Counted from the stretch's first letter, positions 1 to 9,011 are shown. The stretch is 26,405 nt of DNA from an uncultured Verrucomicrobiales bacterium (GCA_938091905.1 CALKOM010000099.1:1-26405); one strand, 5' to 3'. Notes: a model not told the origin generated them from the sequence alone. Translations and numbers: made by a program.

Positions 1-1
1 C

Positions 2-193
2 ATAGCACAGAAGAGCAACGAGAAAGCAGTCGAACCCTTTCACAAAGGCTACTATCGCCTTAGGCACAACATTGAAAACGTCTTTGCTAGAATGGGGCGG
101 TGGACAAGATTGGAACTCCGCCGCGAGCGTAAAGCTTCTCACTTCGAATTGTTTCTAAACCTCTGGGCTATAAGCACTTGGGTAAAAATCTGA
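2..193 (+). CDS. IS5-family transposase, C-terminal fragment (cut by window start)
   Basis: Not in the ORF track. Frame 2 reads IAQKSNEKAVEPFHKGYYRLRHNIENVFARMGRWTRLELRRERKASHFELFLNLWAISTWVKI*. The Y-x2-R-x2-IE-x2-F pattern is the DDE C-terminal signature of IS5-family enzymes, and the stop overlaps a terminal IR. Confidence 0.85.
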   Translation: MAQKSNEKAVEPFHKGYYRLRHNIENVFARMGRWTRLELRRERKASHFELFLNLWAISTWVKI

Positions 194-211
194 ATTAATG
201 GATTAGCCCTA
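192..211. mobile_element. Right terminal inverted repeat of IS5-family element
   Basis: GAATTAATGGATTAGCCCTA is the exact reverse complement of 26269-26288. The outermost TA may be target sequence rather than IR. Confidence 0.85.
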
Positions 212-227
212 AAGGCGACTGTCGAAT

Positions 228-648
228 TTGGCGAGTATCGCGTTCTCAACCAAGGAATCGTGTCTCCACGATCACGAGAGATCCGATCTATCCAAGGTGA
301 TCGATTCCATCAATAACAACTCCGCGGACGTGCCCTCGGGAAGCGGAACAGATTCGACTGCCAGCGAGGATGATTTCTGGTTTAGAGTGTTCCCTTCGTA
401 TACAGAGCTTATCGTTTGTTTGGGATTTCCAGACAGGGCCTATCTGCAATATCAACGACGCCCCAGTCGCTTTGTCTCCTGCGATCCCAAGTTTAGAGGC
501 CCTTCAGTCGAGATTTGGGATCCTGTGATGGCGCCCCGCGATATTCCTCGAACTAACTTTGTCCCGAAACATAGCAATCAAAACCATCAGGGAGTTCTTT
601 GATTGCGGATTTATTACCATTGATGATAATTGGGAACAAAGATATTGA
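228..648 (+). pseudogene. Cassette gene 1: frameshifted Imm1-like (polymorphic-toxin immunity-like) protein, 5' end probably cut by IS5
   Basis: ORF 228-602 (...LIVCLGFPDRAYLQY...RDIPRTNFV) continues in the +1 frame from about 562 as SRNIAIKTIREFFDCGFITIDDNWEQRY* (stop 646-648), just before an attC. The Imm1 resemblance is by eye. Confidence 0.5.
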
Positions 649-677
649 AAGCTTACCGGTAGTCATTCAATCCAGGC

Positions 678-804
678 GCCTAACAGGACGAGAATGATCA
701 AGCCGCTGCCACCATGAAATCGAAATCGTGAAGACTATTTGAATTATTAACCTTAAGTTGAGAGTAGGTCCTCAGCAGTGGCTGACATCTCTGTGACGTT
801 CGGC
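678..804 (+). other. attC integron recombination site (intact, 127 bp)
   Basis: R'' is GCCTAAC (678-684) and R' is GTTCGGC (798-804). The left arm GAGA(A)TG(A)TCA(A)GCCGCTG pairs with the right arm CAGTGGCTGACATCTC, with 3 extrahelical bases and 1 mismatch. Confidence 0.85.
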
Positions 805-855
805 AGCAAAATTCACGACCAATTCATCCCACCTTCATAAGGATTTCACATACAG

Positions 856-2061
856 GTGATAAAACCCAACGTTATGGACCAATCAACCTCTACTCTAATT
901 AATCCCCATAGAAGATCTATGAGACACGTGATCGCAATTGCCACGATGTTCATCTGTACCGTTGTCCCTTCGCGGCAAGCCGCCGCCCAGACACTGCAGT
1001 CGCAAGTCTCTGCCGATTGGAAGGCCCTTGGATGGACACTGCCCGAAAGCTTTTCCCCTGATCAGATTGCCCTCTTCAAGGGACTCAACGCAGCCAGCGG
1101 AACCTGGTCGTTCGAGGCGGAGACCGTTGATGGAGATGCCGTCACCGCCCTGATGGGCAACCTTGTGACAAAGGGCAGTTCGCAAGGGGGCATGGCATCG
1201 GCCTGGAACTTGATCTGGTCTTGGCCCGCCGAGAATCCACAACACGCAATCGTCGAAAATGTCGTGGCGATGCCCGAAAAAAACGAACGATTCGGTTTGA
1301 TGCTGATCCGCTTTGGACCCGTAAAATACTCCGAGGCCCAACTCAAGCAGAAGCCCAAGGCCCCGCCCATTATCTTTATGGGTCAATGGGATGCTGAAAA
1401 ACAGACAGTCAGTTGGACCCCGCGGCGCTTGCCCGGAAAAAAGGTCAATCAGCCGGATACGCCGGCACCGGCGACGGCAGCAGCATTTCAGATGGTGGTC
1501 GCCCCCTCCGGAAAGATCTCTATTCGGAACAGCGAGAACTTGCCTGCTGGACAGATCTCGACTGCGCGGGCGACAGCCCGCACAGGTGAGGCGCCCCAGG
1601 TATCTGAGGAGCTTGAATACCTGACCGGTATGCACCGCTTCCACAAAGGATCAGAAATCTCCGATCCCCGGGTCATGCGCTACCTGCCGGCGGAAGCCAC
1701 AGACATCAGACTGATCAGCGATCGTAACGGGCACATGGCGCACTACCGCATCTCGGCGGAGGCCTTCGACACGTTTCTTGATGAAGTCTGGGAGCGCTAT
1801 CGGAAAGAGCGTGAAGCCAAGCCGAAATCGTGGGTCGATTACAGCGAGGAACAAATCACCGCAGCGCGCAAAGGCCGAAAGGTGGGACGTTATGAGCCGA
1901 AGGTCCGATCAACGGAAATCACTTTCGACAAACCCATCGTCTGGGAACTGCTGGAGAACGCAACTAAATACGACGGACCGCGTAAGATGAGTGCTGCCGG
2001 AGGGACTTACTACTTTGACCGTACGACAGGCATCGCCTGCCAGGACGCCGGTTACTGGTAA
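856..2061 (+). CDS. Cassette gene 2: uncharacterised, probably secreted two-domain protein (likely start ATG 919)
   Basis: 401-codon ORF between two attC sites. MRHVIAIATMFICTVVPSRQAAA-Q resembles a signal peptide. The stop lies 7 nt before the next R''. Confidence 0.85.
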   Translation: MIKPNVMDQSTSTLINPHRRSMRHVIAIATMFICTVVPSRQAAAQTLQSQVSADWKALGWTLPESFSPDQIALFKGLNAASGTWSFEAETVDGDAVTALMGNLVTKGSSQGGMASAWNLIWSWPAENPQHAIVENVVAMPEKNERFGLMLIRFGPVKYSEAQLKQKPKAPPIIFMGQWDAEKQTVSWTPRRLPGKKVNQPDTPAPATAAAFQMVVAPSGKISIRNSENLPAGQISTARATARTGEAPQVSEELEYLTGMHRFHKGSEISDPRVMRYLPAEATDIRLISDRNGHMAHYRISAEAFDTFLDEVWERYRKEREAKPKSWVDYSEEQITAARKGRKVGRYEPKVRSTEITFDKPIVWELLENATKYDGPRKMSAAGGTYYFDRTTGIACQDAGYW

Positions 2062-2068
2062 GGAGTTC

Positions 2069-2187
2069 GCCGAACAAGGCGATGCTGGACAACCGGAAAC
2101 CCGGTTCGACTCGACATGATTTTTGTAGCTACGACCCTTAACCCGCAGGCGAAGGCGCACCGCCGCTAGCTGGTGCCAGACCTGAAA
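2069..2187 (+). other. attC site lacking its R' box
   Basis: R'' GCCGAAC (2069-2075) is the exact complement of the upstream R' GTTCGGC. CTGG(A)CA(A)CCGG pairs with CTGGTGCCAG (2170-2179). After CCTGAAA the expected GTT is absent and an ATG follows directly. Confidence 0.75.
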
Positions 2188-2458
2188 ATGAAACGCGGTC
2201 TGCTCAACGCAGCGACTATAGTATCGATCGTCGCACTCGTCACGCTACGAGTGGCTCAGCTTGTATGGTCTGACGAATACAGCGGCACGAAGCACGCGAT
2301 TTCGAAGCTCCTGCCAGGTTTAGGCGTCGAGATGATTGGTCAGGTCACGGTCGAGTTACCTTCAGGTCTAAGGGGAGACGGGATCACGTAGGCTGTATGA
2401 GAATACGTGGATCGCGTTGCTCGCCTAAGCTTAGGCCACAGTTTGAGCACCGTCTAAA
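2188..2458 (+). pseudogene. Cassette gene 3 remnant (N-terminal hydrophobic segment, several stops)
   Basis: MKRGLLNAATIVSIVALVTLRVAQLVW...GLRGDGIT*AV*EYVDRVA... starts immediately after the broken attC. The 3' limit is uncertain. Confidence 0.45.
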
Positions 2459-2522
2459 TATCGTGCTCTATGACTCCGCAGATAGAAAGTGGCTTGTGAA
2501 CCTAGACGTTACCAAACTGAAT

Positions 2523-3966
2523 CACAGCCATCCCATAGATGCTTGCAACTAGACAATATGGTTACGTGAAGCCCTTGTTTGGAAGGGCCTCGGGATCAGG
2601 GAACTAATCTTGCAAACTCAGGTTTGTGGCATGGCCGGGTAATCTGGGCGAGTTGGTCAGCTTGGCTGTCCCATTCAAGTGGGTTGCAATCCCGGGAGAA
2701 AAGCTGTCCTGGCTGCCCCAGCGCTCGATAGTATCCACTGGCGGTCCCATAGCTTTGGAGCAGCGACAGCAAGTCTAACCGAGACCACAAGATTCCACGA
2801 ATCAACGGCCATAATCGCGTAAAGCTGTGCTGCCAGTGACTGAGGTAGGCAAGGTAGCGTAGGATGATGTAATTGATAAACGCTGTCCAGATCTGCCACT
2901 TCACCGCCCTTTCATTATAACCTACAAAGTCGCAGAGCTGTAGACATTGCTTGAGCTCTTTGATGAAGACTTCAATCGCCCAGCGGCTTTTGTAGAGATC
3001 GCAGATGCTGCTAGCGGCAAGGTCCATGTTGTTGGTGATGAAGACCATGACCTTCTCTTCACCGTTGACGATGACTCGTGCTTCAACTCGTCGAAGCCGT
3101 TGTGGCTAGGCAGTTCTACTCTTCAGGGCTTTCAATATGATCTCATCATCACGCAGCACTTTGCCCTGAACGCTGGATTCTTGGAGCTTCTTCACGACTC
3201 GATATGCCATGTTGTCCTTGGCACGCGTGATCCACGTGATGTCTTCGCTAGCCAGTTCATAAAGATGATCGAAGTCGACGTAGGCTTTATCGAGGACCAT
3301 GATTTCCCCCGCTTCAAATAGCTCTCCTTCGCCGTACCGACCACGGCAAATCTGGGAAGCATGTCTTGCATGTCCAGCCCAAGATGACACTTGGCTGCAG
3401 CCTTACGCCGTCGATGCTTGGCCCAGTCCATGCAATTAGCAACCAAAGCAATCGTCGTCGAGTCAACCGCATGGACCGGATATTTGAATCGCTTTGGAAG
3501 TTTGCTGTAACGGCTTCTTTTGCTAAATCCTGGAGATTGGCTCTCACAATGTTCGAGCACTTTCCAAAAGAGATTCTCCGCCATGGCTGGTTCGCGAGTG
3601 CGATTGGCATGCGATAGAGTGTTGCGCCGAGGAGCGGTAGCTCCTCGGATCGTAGCGAGCTTACCAGGGTGATTCTGAAGCCCATCACAGATATCATTGA
3701 GGCTTAGGGCCCTCGTCATCTGCCCATAAATCAGGGCAACGAGATGACTCCAGGGCGAGAACGTTCGCGCTTGCTGCTCGCAGCCGTGCTTGCGAGCCAA
3801 CTTGGAAACGAGACATACCGGGATGTACTCGCAAACGGCATTGAGAATGGAATATCTACCCCTTTGCTGGGACCGAGGTGGCGTCTTTTTTACTAAGCCT
3901 GCCTGTAGCAGGTTAGTCTCAGAGATCCCAGCCTATCTTTTCAGTTAGCAAAATGGGATGGCTGTG
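2523..3966 (-). mobile_element. IS4-family insertion sequence, about 1.44 kb, defective
   Basis: Perfect 14-bp terminal IRs CACAGCCATCCCAT (2523-2536) and ATGGGATGGCTGTG (3953-3966) enclose transposase fragments. No direct target duplication is visible. Confidence 0.9.
2675..3893 (-). pseudogene. IS4-family DDE transposase pseudogene (DUF4372-type N-terminus)
   Basis: Motifs AVDSTTI, AAKCHLGLD, LDKAYVDF, FITNN and YKSRWAIEVFIKELKQ are split over three ORFs. There is a frameshift/deletion near 3322, an in-frame TAG at 3106-3108, a probable frameshift near 2705 and no clean start codon. Confidence 0.9.
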
Positions 3967-4281
3967 TTTCAGTTTTGGGCCACCTATTGCTGGCTTTTCT
4001 TGATTGCTTTGGTCTCCTACACTGCTGTCTTTCAGCGAAAGTTCGATGGCGGGGCTGGATTTCATTTCATATCATTTGTCAGTGCTCTGCCTACATTTCG
4101 ATGACAACCGCATTCCTCTTGGTCACTAGGTCGATACTGTCCATGTTCATTGGAATACCAGTGCTAATGGAGTTGGATAATCCCTACGGTTATTGGAACG
4201 CCATTGATAGTGCTTGTCGCAGGACGCTATTCCCCAAACAAGTCAATCAAGCCGAACGAGGCGCCAGACACCGAAACTTGA
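3967..4281 (+). pseudogene. Cassette gene 4 remnant: membrane protein, DUF2306-like C-terminal half
   Basis: RWRGWISFHIICQCSAYISMTTAFLLV...IGIPVLM shifts frame near 4170 to WIIPTVIGTPLIVLVAGRYSPNKSIKPNEAPDTET*, reading into an R'' box. The 5' part is missing at the IS4 end. Confidence 0.5.
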
Positions 4282-4318
4282 CCTGCGGTGAGTCAAAAAT
4301 GACATGACAATCTTGAAT
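4251..4318 (+). other. Left half of a degenerate attC
   Basis: GCCGAACGAGGCG differs at one base from GCCGAACAAGGCG at 2069. No right arm or GTT box occurs before the SIS gene stop. Confidence 0.5.
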
Positions 4319-4369
4319 GATCGCGTGCCATCAACGTAGAGATATCAACCGATCGACATCGCGCTGTCT

Positions 4370-5152
4370 CTATAGATTGCTGTAGTAATCGGCGATGCGG
4401 TGAGCGTGTTCATCGTAGGCAGATTCGAACAGTTCGGTCGCCTTGTCTGTGCCAATCACGGCGCCTGCTGTCAGGACCTTTGGAGGATGGCCAGCTTTGG
4501 TTAGGCGGTCAGCGACTTCTGCTTTGATGCTGTTGATGAGAAGGCATCCACCCACGGTGGAGCCAGGAGCGACCTTGGTTTCGAGGCCTTCGATTTCAAC
4601 CATGGAGTCTCCTAGGGGCGCGCCAGTATCGAGGATGATGTCGGCGAAGTCCGTCAGTTTCTTGCCGTCGGCCCGCTTTGATGTACTCGGCTCGGAGTGT
4701 TTCTGGCTGACAATGGCGACGACCTTGACGCCGCGCCGCTGAAACTCCTCGGCCATCTCAATGGGGACAATGTTACACCCAGACGATGAGATGACGAGGG
4801 CGGTATCTGTTTTCTTAAGTGCGAAGTTGCGAAGGATTTGCTTAGCCAATCCTGACACATTCTCGATAAACATGGCTTGGCGTTGGCCGTTGGCGCCCAC
4901 GACCAGGTTGTGGAAGGTGAGAGAAAGTTCGACGATGGGGTTGAAGCCCGGAAAGGAGCCGTAGCGTGGCCACATCTCTTCGACCATGATCCGGCTGTGG
5001 CCGGAGCCAAAAACATGGACCATGCCGCCTGCGAGGATGCTTTTGGAAAAATGATCGGCCACCGTGGAGACGATATCGAGTTGTTGGGCGACTCGGGCGT
5101 GGATGCTTTGACAATGTTCGAGGTAACGAGCTGAAGGGGAAGGTTTCGACAT
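4370..5152 (-). CDS. SIS-domain sugar isomerase-like protein
   Basis: VHVFGSGHS, ISSSG.N..PIEMA and D..LDTGAP.GD motifs. Confidence 0.9.
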   Translation of the reverse strand: MSKPSPSARYLEHCQSIHARVAQQLDIVSTVADHFSKSILAGGMVHVFGSGHSRIMVEEMWPRYGSFPGFNPIVELSLTFHNLVVGANGQRQAMFIENVSGLAKQILRNFALKKTDTALVISSSGCNIVPIEMAEEFQRRGVKVVAIVSQKHSEPSTSKRADGKKLTDFADIILDTGAPLGDSMVEIEGLETKVAPGSTVGGCLLINSIKAEVADRLTKAGHPPKVLTAGAVIGTDKATELFESAYDEHAHRIADYYSNL

Positions 5153-5164
5153 GATGGTGGTATG

Positions 5165-6082
5165 TTAGTTGAATAGTTTCTGAGCGGCCTGATAGGCTGC
5201 ACCATAGGCACCCGCCCAGGTGCCTAACTCGGCTTTGCGTAACGTGATGCAAGCATCGGCCGGGAGCCATTCCGTTGCTTTGACAAACTTAGTTAGAGGG
5301 GTGAAGAGGGCGTCGCCTGCCTCGGTGATGCCGCCGCCCAGCACGACTACTTCTGGATCGACCGCATTGGACATGGAAACAATGGCTGCAGCGAGCGCTC
5401 GCAGCGAGTCTAACCAAATCTCCGTGGCCTCAGGATCACCCTGAGTATAGGAATCGACTAGAGCTTCGGTCGATGTGAATCGATTCTCGCTGCGTTTCGG
5501 GAGAGTGAGTTCGCCGATGGCGTCTTCAATACTGCCGGGCGTTCGGCAGAGATCGGGTTCACCGCGATAGTCCACGGACGTGTGGCCGAGGTGCCCGGCT
5601 CGACCGAAGCGGCCTTTTAATAAGTTCCCTCCAGAAACGATGGCCCCTCCCACTCCGGTACCCAAGGTGTACATGATGACGTCTTGCAGACCTCTGGCTG
5701 CGCCCAGCCAAATTTCTCCCATAAGTGCGGCATGCGCATCGTTTAAGACGGGCAAGGCCTCGATGCGTCCGAGGGTTTCTTGCCAATGCAATTTCTCCAA
5801 GCCTGCCATGCGACCAGGCATAAAGGCGATGGCGTCTCCCTCAGGAGTCGCTAGTCCGGGAGCCGAAAGCCCCACGCAGGCCGCGCTGTGGCCGATCGTG
5901 GTTTCGTGGCTTCGAATGAGTTCAGCAACCTGTCTCGCGAATACGGGTTTTCCGTCTGCTAGAAACTCGCCATCACAAGTGGGTAGCGTTTCTTGGGCGA
6001 TCGTATTTCCGTCAGGATAGGAAACGGCCACGCTCTTAACTTCAGTGCCGCCGAGATCGATGCCGATGATGCTCGCGCTCAT
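5165..6082 (-). CDS. ROK-family sugar kinase (glucokinase-like)
   Basis: IGIDLGGT, NDAHAALMGE, TLGTGVGG and VVLGGG motifs. Confidence 0.92.
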   Translation of the reverse strand: MSASIIGIDLGGTEVKSVAVSYPDGNTIAQETLPTCDGEFLADGKPVFARQVAELIRSHETTIGHSAACVGLSAPGLATPEGDAIAFMPGRMAGLEKLHWQETLGRIEALPVLNDAHAALMGEIWLGAARGLQDVIMYTLGTGVGGAIVSGGNLLKGRFGRAGHLGHTSVDYRGEPDLCRTPGSIEDAIGELTLPKRSENRFTSTEALVDSYTQGDPEATEIWLDSLRALAAAIVSMSNAVDPEVVVLGGGITEAGDALFTPLTKFVKATEWLPADACITLRKAELGTWAGAYGAAYQAAQKLFN

Positions 6083-6087
6083 GTCCG

Positions 6088-6888
6088 TTAGGTCCTTGAA
6101 CGCCCTTCGGTCACGGACCAGCCGCCGTCAACAGCGAGGACTTGTCCTGTCACAAAGTGTGAGGCGTCGGACAGAAAGAAGAGAGCGGCCTCATCAAGGT
6201 CTTCAGGAACGCCGACTCGACCGCCATCAAGTGGTTGTTTCTGCCGAACGAAGTCCATGATGGCTTCGTTTCCCAGGGCGCGCGTTGACATTGGAGACTC
6301 GACTAGAGCAGGGGCGATCAGATTGGCGCGAATGCCTTGGTTTGCATAATAGGACGCGATCGATTTGGTGAAGCCGATGGCGGCGGACTTGGTTGCGGCG
6401 TAAACGTGCGAGGCGAAGAAGTCTGGTGAGGGAGCGTAGCCTAGCACAGATCCCATGTTTAAAATGATTCCCCCGGTGCCGTGCTTGAGAAATTGTTGTA
6501 CTGCCGCTCGGTTGCTGTAGATCAGTGATTTCAGATTGAGATCGAGGGTGTAGTCGATGCCCTCGTCAGTTACTTCATGAAGGTGGCCATCGCCTGAAGA
6601 GCGTCCACTCCCGCCTGCCACATGATAAAGGCCATCGAGTTGGCCAAATTCCGAGACGGCGATTGCTACGGCTGCGTCGACGGAAGCAGAGGAGGCGGCG
6701 TTTCCAGACAGGCCTCGCGCCCGAGTGCCTAACTGATCCACCGCGTGGTCCACCTTGTCTTGGCTGCGGCCTGTGACGACCACATTCGCGCCCGCCTCGA
6801 CTAACCGCTTGGCCGCCGAGAGGCCCAAGCCCGAGGTTCCCCCAATAATCACGATGTTGCGCCCGTGCATGTCTGTCTTTGTCGCCAC
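6088..6888 (-). CDS. Short-chain dehydrogenase/reductase (SDR)
   Basis: GGTSGLG Rossmann motif, YAATK catalytic motif and VTGQVLAVDGG tail. Confidence 0.93.
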   Translation of the reverse strand: MATKTDMHGRNIVIIGGTSGLGLSAAKRLVEAGANVVVTGRSQDKVDHAVDQLGTRARGLSGNAASSASVDAAVAIAVSEFGQLDGLYHVAGGSGRSSGDGHLHEVTDEGIDYTLDLNLKSLIYSNRAAVQQFLKHGTGGIILNMGSVLGYAPSPDFFASHVYAATKSAAIGFTKSIASYYANQGIRANLIAPALVESPMSTRALGNEAIMDFVRQKQPLDGGRVGVPEDLDEAALFFLSDASHFVTGQVLAVDGGWSVTEGRSRT

Positions 6889-7062
6889 GGCGGCACCTTG
6901 TCAGCCGCACTCGACCGCTGCAAACCCTAATCGCTCCAAGACTTGGAACGAAGGGTATGTGGTATTCGAAGTCGAGTTCGTTGTCGGGAAGCCTGGCGAC
7001 CCCCACTGCGGCGGCACGGCCCTCTACTTGCGTTGCTCATGCATTCCTGCTAACGAAACGTC

Positions 7063-7893
7063 ATGTTTGGAAGCCAACCGCAAGGAGAGATGGTCGCACC
7101 AGGATGGTTTTTCCGCCCGATGTCTCCGAAAGACGTGCCTGCTGTGCTCAAGATCATTGAGACCCATGATGAAGATGATGCCGAATGGGCGGCCGAGACC
7201 TATGGCAATCGCGGGCATCACGGGCAGTTTGTGCTCACGGAAGAGAAGCGAGTGGCTGGTGTTTCAGGATACTCACTCGCTGAGGGAACGGACAATGCTT
7301 ATTGGATTTCTTGGACGTATATTGATGAGGCGAGTCAGGGGCAAGGACTTGGCACCGCTTTGTTAGAACGCGTTCTTGTGAAGCTCCAGGAAGAGGGGGC
7401 GCGCAAAGTCTTCGTCTCGACGAGTGACTACGAGGAGGAGGGGACAAATCTCTACGACAATGCGGTGAGATTGTATGAATCGGCGGGCTTCCAGCTGGAA
7501 GTGAAGACCCCCGATTTCTACGAAAAAGGGGAGTCGCAGCTTATTTATGGTCTTTCCTTGGACGCGAAGCAGGCGCCACCGATCGAGTTTGCGAATCGCT
7601 CTGAAGAGTCGATCGGGCTCACCCGCCTCTTCAGAATCGATGAGACCGAAGATTGTGCGGGCTTAGATTGGGAGTTTGTCGAGGAGAGGTCCTCCTTTAC
7701 GGTTGAGGATCTTGCGATGATGTTGAACGAGGCTAGAACGGGACAGGCACGGTGTCTCTTTGTTAGCTTTGCCTCGGATCTCACACAGGCGTTACCGGTC
7801 TTGGAACGTTGTCAGATGAAGGAAGCTGGACGTCTAAAGGACTTCTGGGCCAATGGCATCGACGACGTCCGCTTCAGCTTCGCTTTTACATAG
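7063..7893 (+). CDS. GNAT-family N-acetyltransferase with a degenerate second GNAT-like half
   Basis: SQGQGLGTALL (motif A) and NAVRLYESAGF (motif B). Confidence 0.88.
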   Translation: MFGSQPQGEMVAPGWFFRPMSPKDVPAVLKIIETHDEDDAEWAAETYGNRGHHGQFVLTEEKRVAGVSGYSLAEGTDNAYWISWTYIDEASQGQGLGTALLERVLVKLQEEGARKVFVSTSDYEEEGTNLYDNAVRLYESAGFQLEVKTPDFYEKGESQLIYGLSLDAKQAPPIEFANRSEESIGLTRLFRIDETEDCAGLDWEFVEERSSFTVEDLAMMLNEARTGQARCLFVSFASDLTQALPVLERCQMKEAGRLKDFWANGIDDVRFSFAFT

Positions 7894-7955
7894 GCATAGG
7901 CTCGGGGAAGCCTTTGGCCTTGCCATTCGCTCTCATTGGGTTGATACCACTTCGC

Positions 7956-9011
7956 ATGCCAGAAACCGACGACCTTCGTATCGACAAGATCCAATCTCTC
8001 ATCGCACCGGCGATTCTTATGGATGAGCTTCCAGTGGATGAAAGCCACAAGGCTTTCGTGGCGGAGACTCGCGAGGCGACTGCGGCAATCATGAGAGGCG
8101 ATGACCGTCGAGTTCTCGTGGTCGTTGGTCCTTGTTCAATTCATGATAGTGCGTTGGCTCTGGAATATGCGGATCGTTTGAAGCCGCTCATTGAGAAGTA
8201 CAAGGAGGATTTGCTCATCGTCATGCGGGTGTACTTCGAGAAGCCGCGTACAACCGTAGGGTGGAAGGGCTACATCAATGATCCTGGCCTGGATGACAGC
8301 TACGACATCAATCGAGGGCTTCGCTTGGCTCGTACTCTCCTCCTGGAGCTCGCGAAGCGGGGTGTGGGCGCGGGGACCGAGTTTCTTGATACGATCAGCC
8401 CTCAGTATGTCGCTGATCTCGTTACCTGGGGTGCGATTGGGGCCCGCACGACAGAAAGCCAGGTCCACCGTGAACTCGCCTCTGGCCTATCGATGCCTGT
8501 GGGGTTCAAGAATGGTACAGATGGCAATATCAAGATTGCTATCGATGCCATCGGCGCCTCTCAGCGGCCCCACTCGTTTCTCTCTGTTACAAAACAAGGG
8601 GTCTCCGCCATCGTCCGGACCTTGGGTAATCCGGACTGCCATGTCATCCTGCGTGGTTCTAGCAAAGGCACGAATTTCGATGCTGATTCCATTCATGAAG
8701 TGACGGAGCAGTTGAGCAAAGCGGGCCTTCCTGCAGGCCTTATGGTGGATTGTAGCCATGGAAACAGCCTAAAGAATCACCAGAATCAGCCTGGGGTAGC
8801 CGAGGAGCTAGCCAAACAGATTGAGGCGGGCGCGCCAGATATTCGTGGGATTATGATCGAGAGTCATTTGGTGGAGGGAGCGCAGAAGGTGGTTCCCGGT
8901 CAGAAGCTTCACCATGGGCAAAGTATTACGGATAAGTGTGTTTCTTGGGAAACCACAGAGACCATGCTCGAGGGGCTAGCCGCTGCGGCCAGCCGTAGGG
9001 CCGCTTGTTAG
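7956..9011 (+). CDS. aroG: Class I-alpha DAHP synthase (AroF/G/H family)
   Basis: VVGPCSIHD, RVYFEKPRTTVGWKG, IGARTTESQVHRE and DCSHGNS motifs. The start is placed at MPETDDLRI because the longer ORF overlaps the GNAT gene. Feedback isoform cannot be determined. Confidence 0.95.
   Translation: MPETDDLRIDKIQSLIAPAILMDELPVDESHKAFVAETREATAAIMRGDDRRVLVVVGPCSIHDSALALEYADRLKPLIEKYKEDLLIVMRVYFEKPRTTVGWKGYINDPGLDDSYDINRGLRLARTLLLELAKRGVGAGTEFLDTISPQYVADLVTWGAIGARTTESQVHRELASGLSMPVGFKNGTDGNIKIAIDAIGASQRPHSFLSVTKQGVSAIVRTLGNPDCHVILRGSSKGTNFDADSIHEVTEQLSKAGLPAGLMVDCSHGNSLKNHQNQPGVAEELAKQIEAGAPDIRGIMIESHLVEGAQKVVPGQKLHHGQSITDKCVSWETTETMLEGLAAAASRRAAC

Noticed and set aside
2423..2436. Perfect palindrome GCCTAAGCTTAGGC resembling a collapsed attC
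   Set aside because: Lacks the AAC/GTT cores, and one or two 14-bp palindromes are expected by chance in 26 kb.
678..4318. CRISPR array or tRNA explanation for the structured intergenic elements
   Set aside because: No short identical repeats with regular spacers and no cloverleaf. The attC model fits better.
6901..7020. Minus-strand peptide ...PSFQVLERLGF... resembling a GNAT tail
   Set aside because: Under 40 codons, in a divergent promoter gap, with no other GNAT motif.
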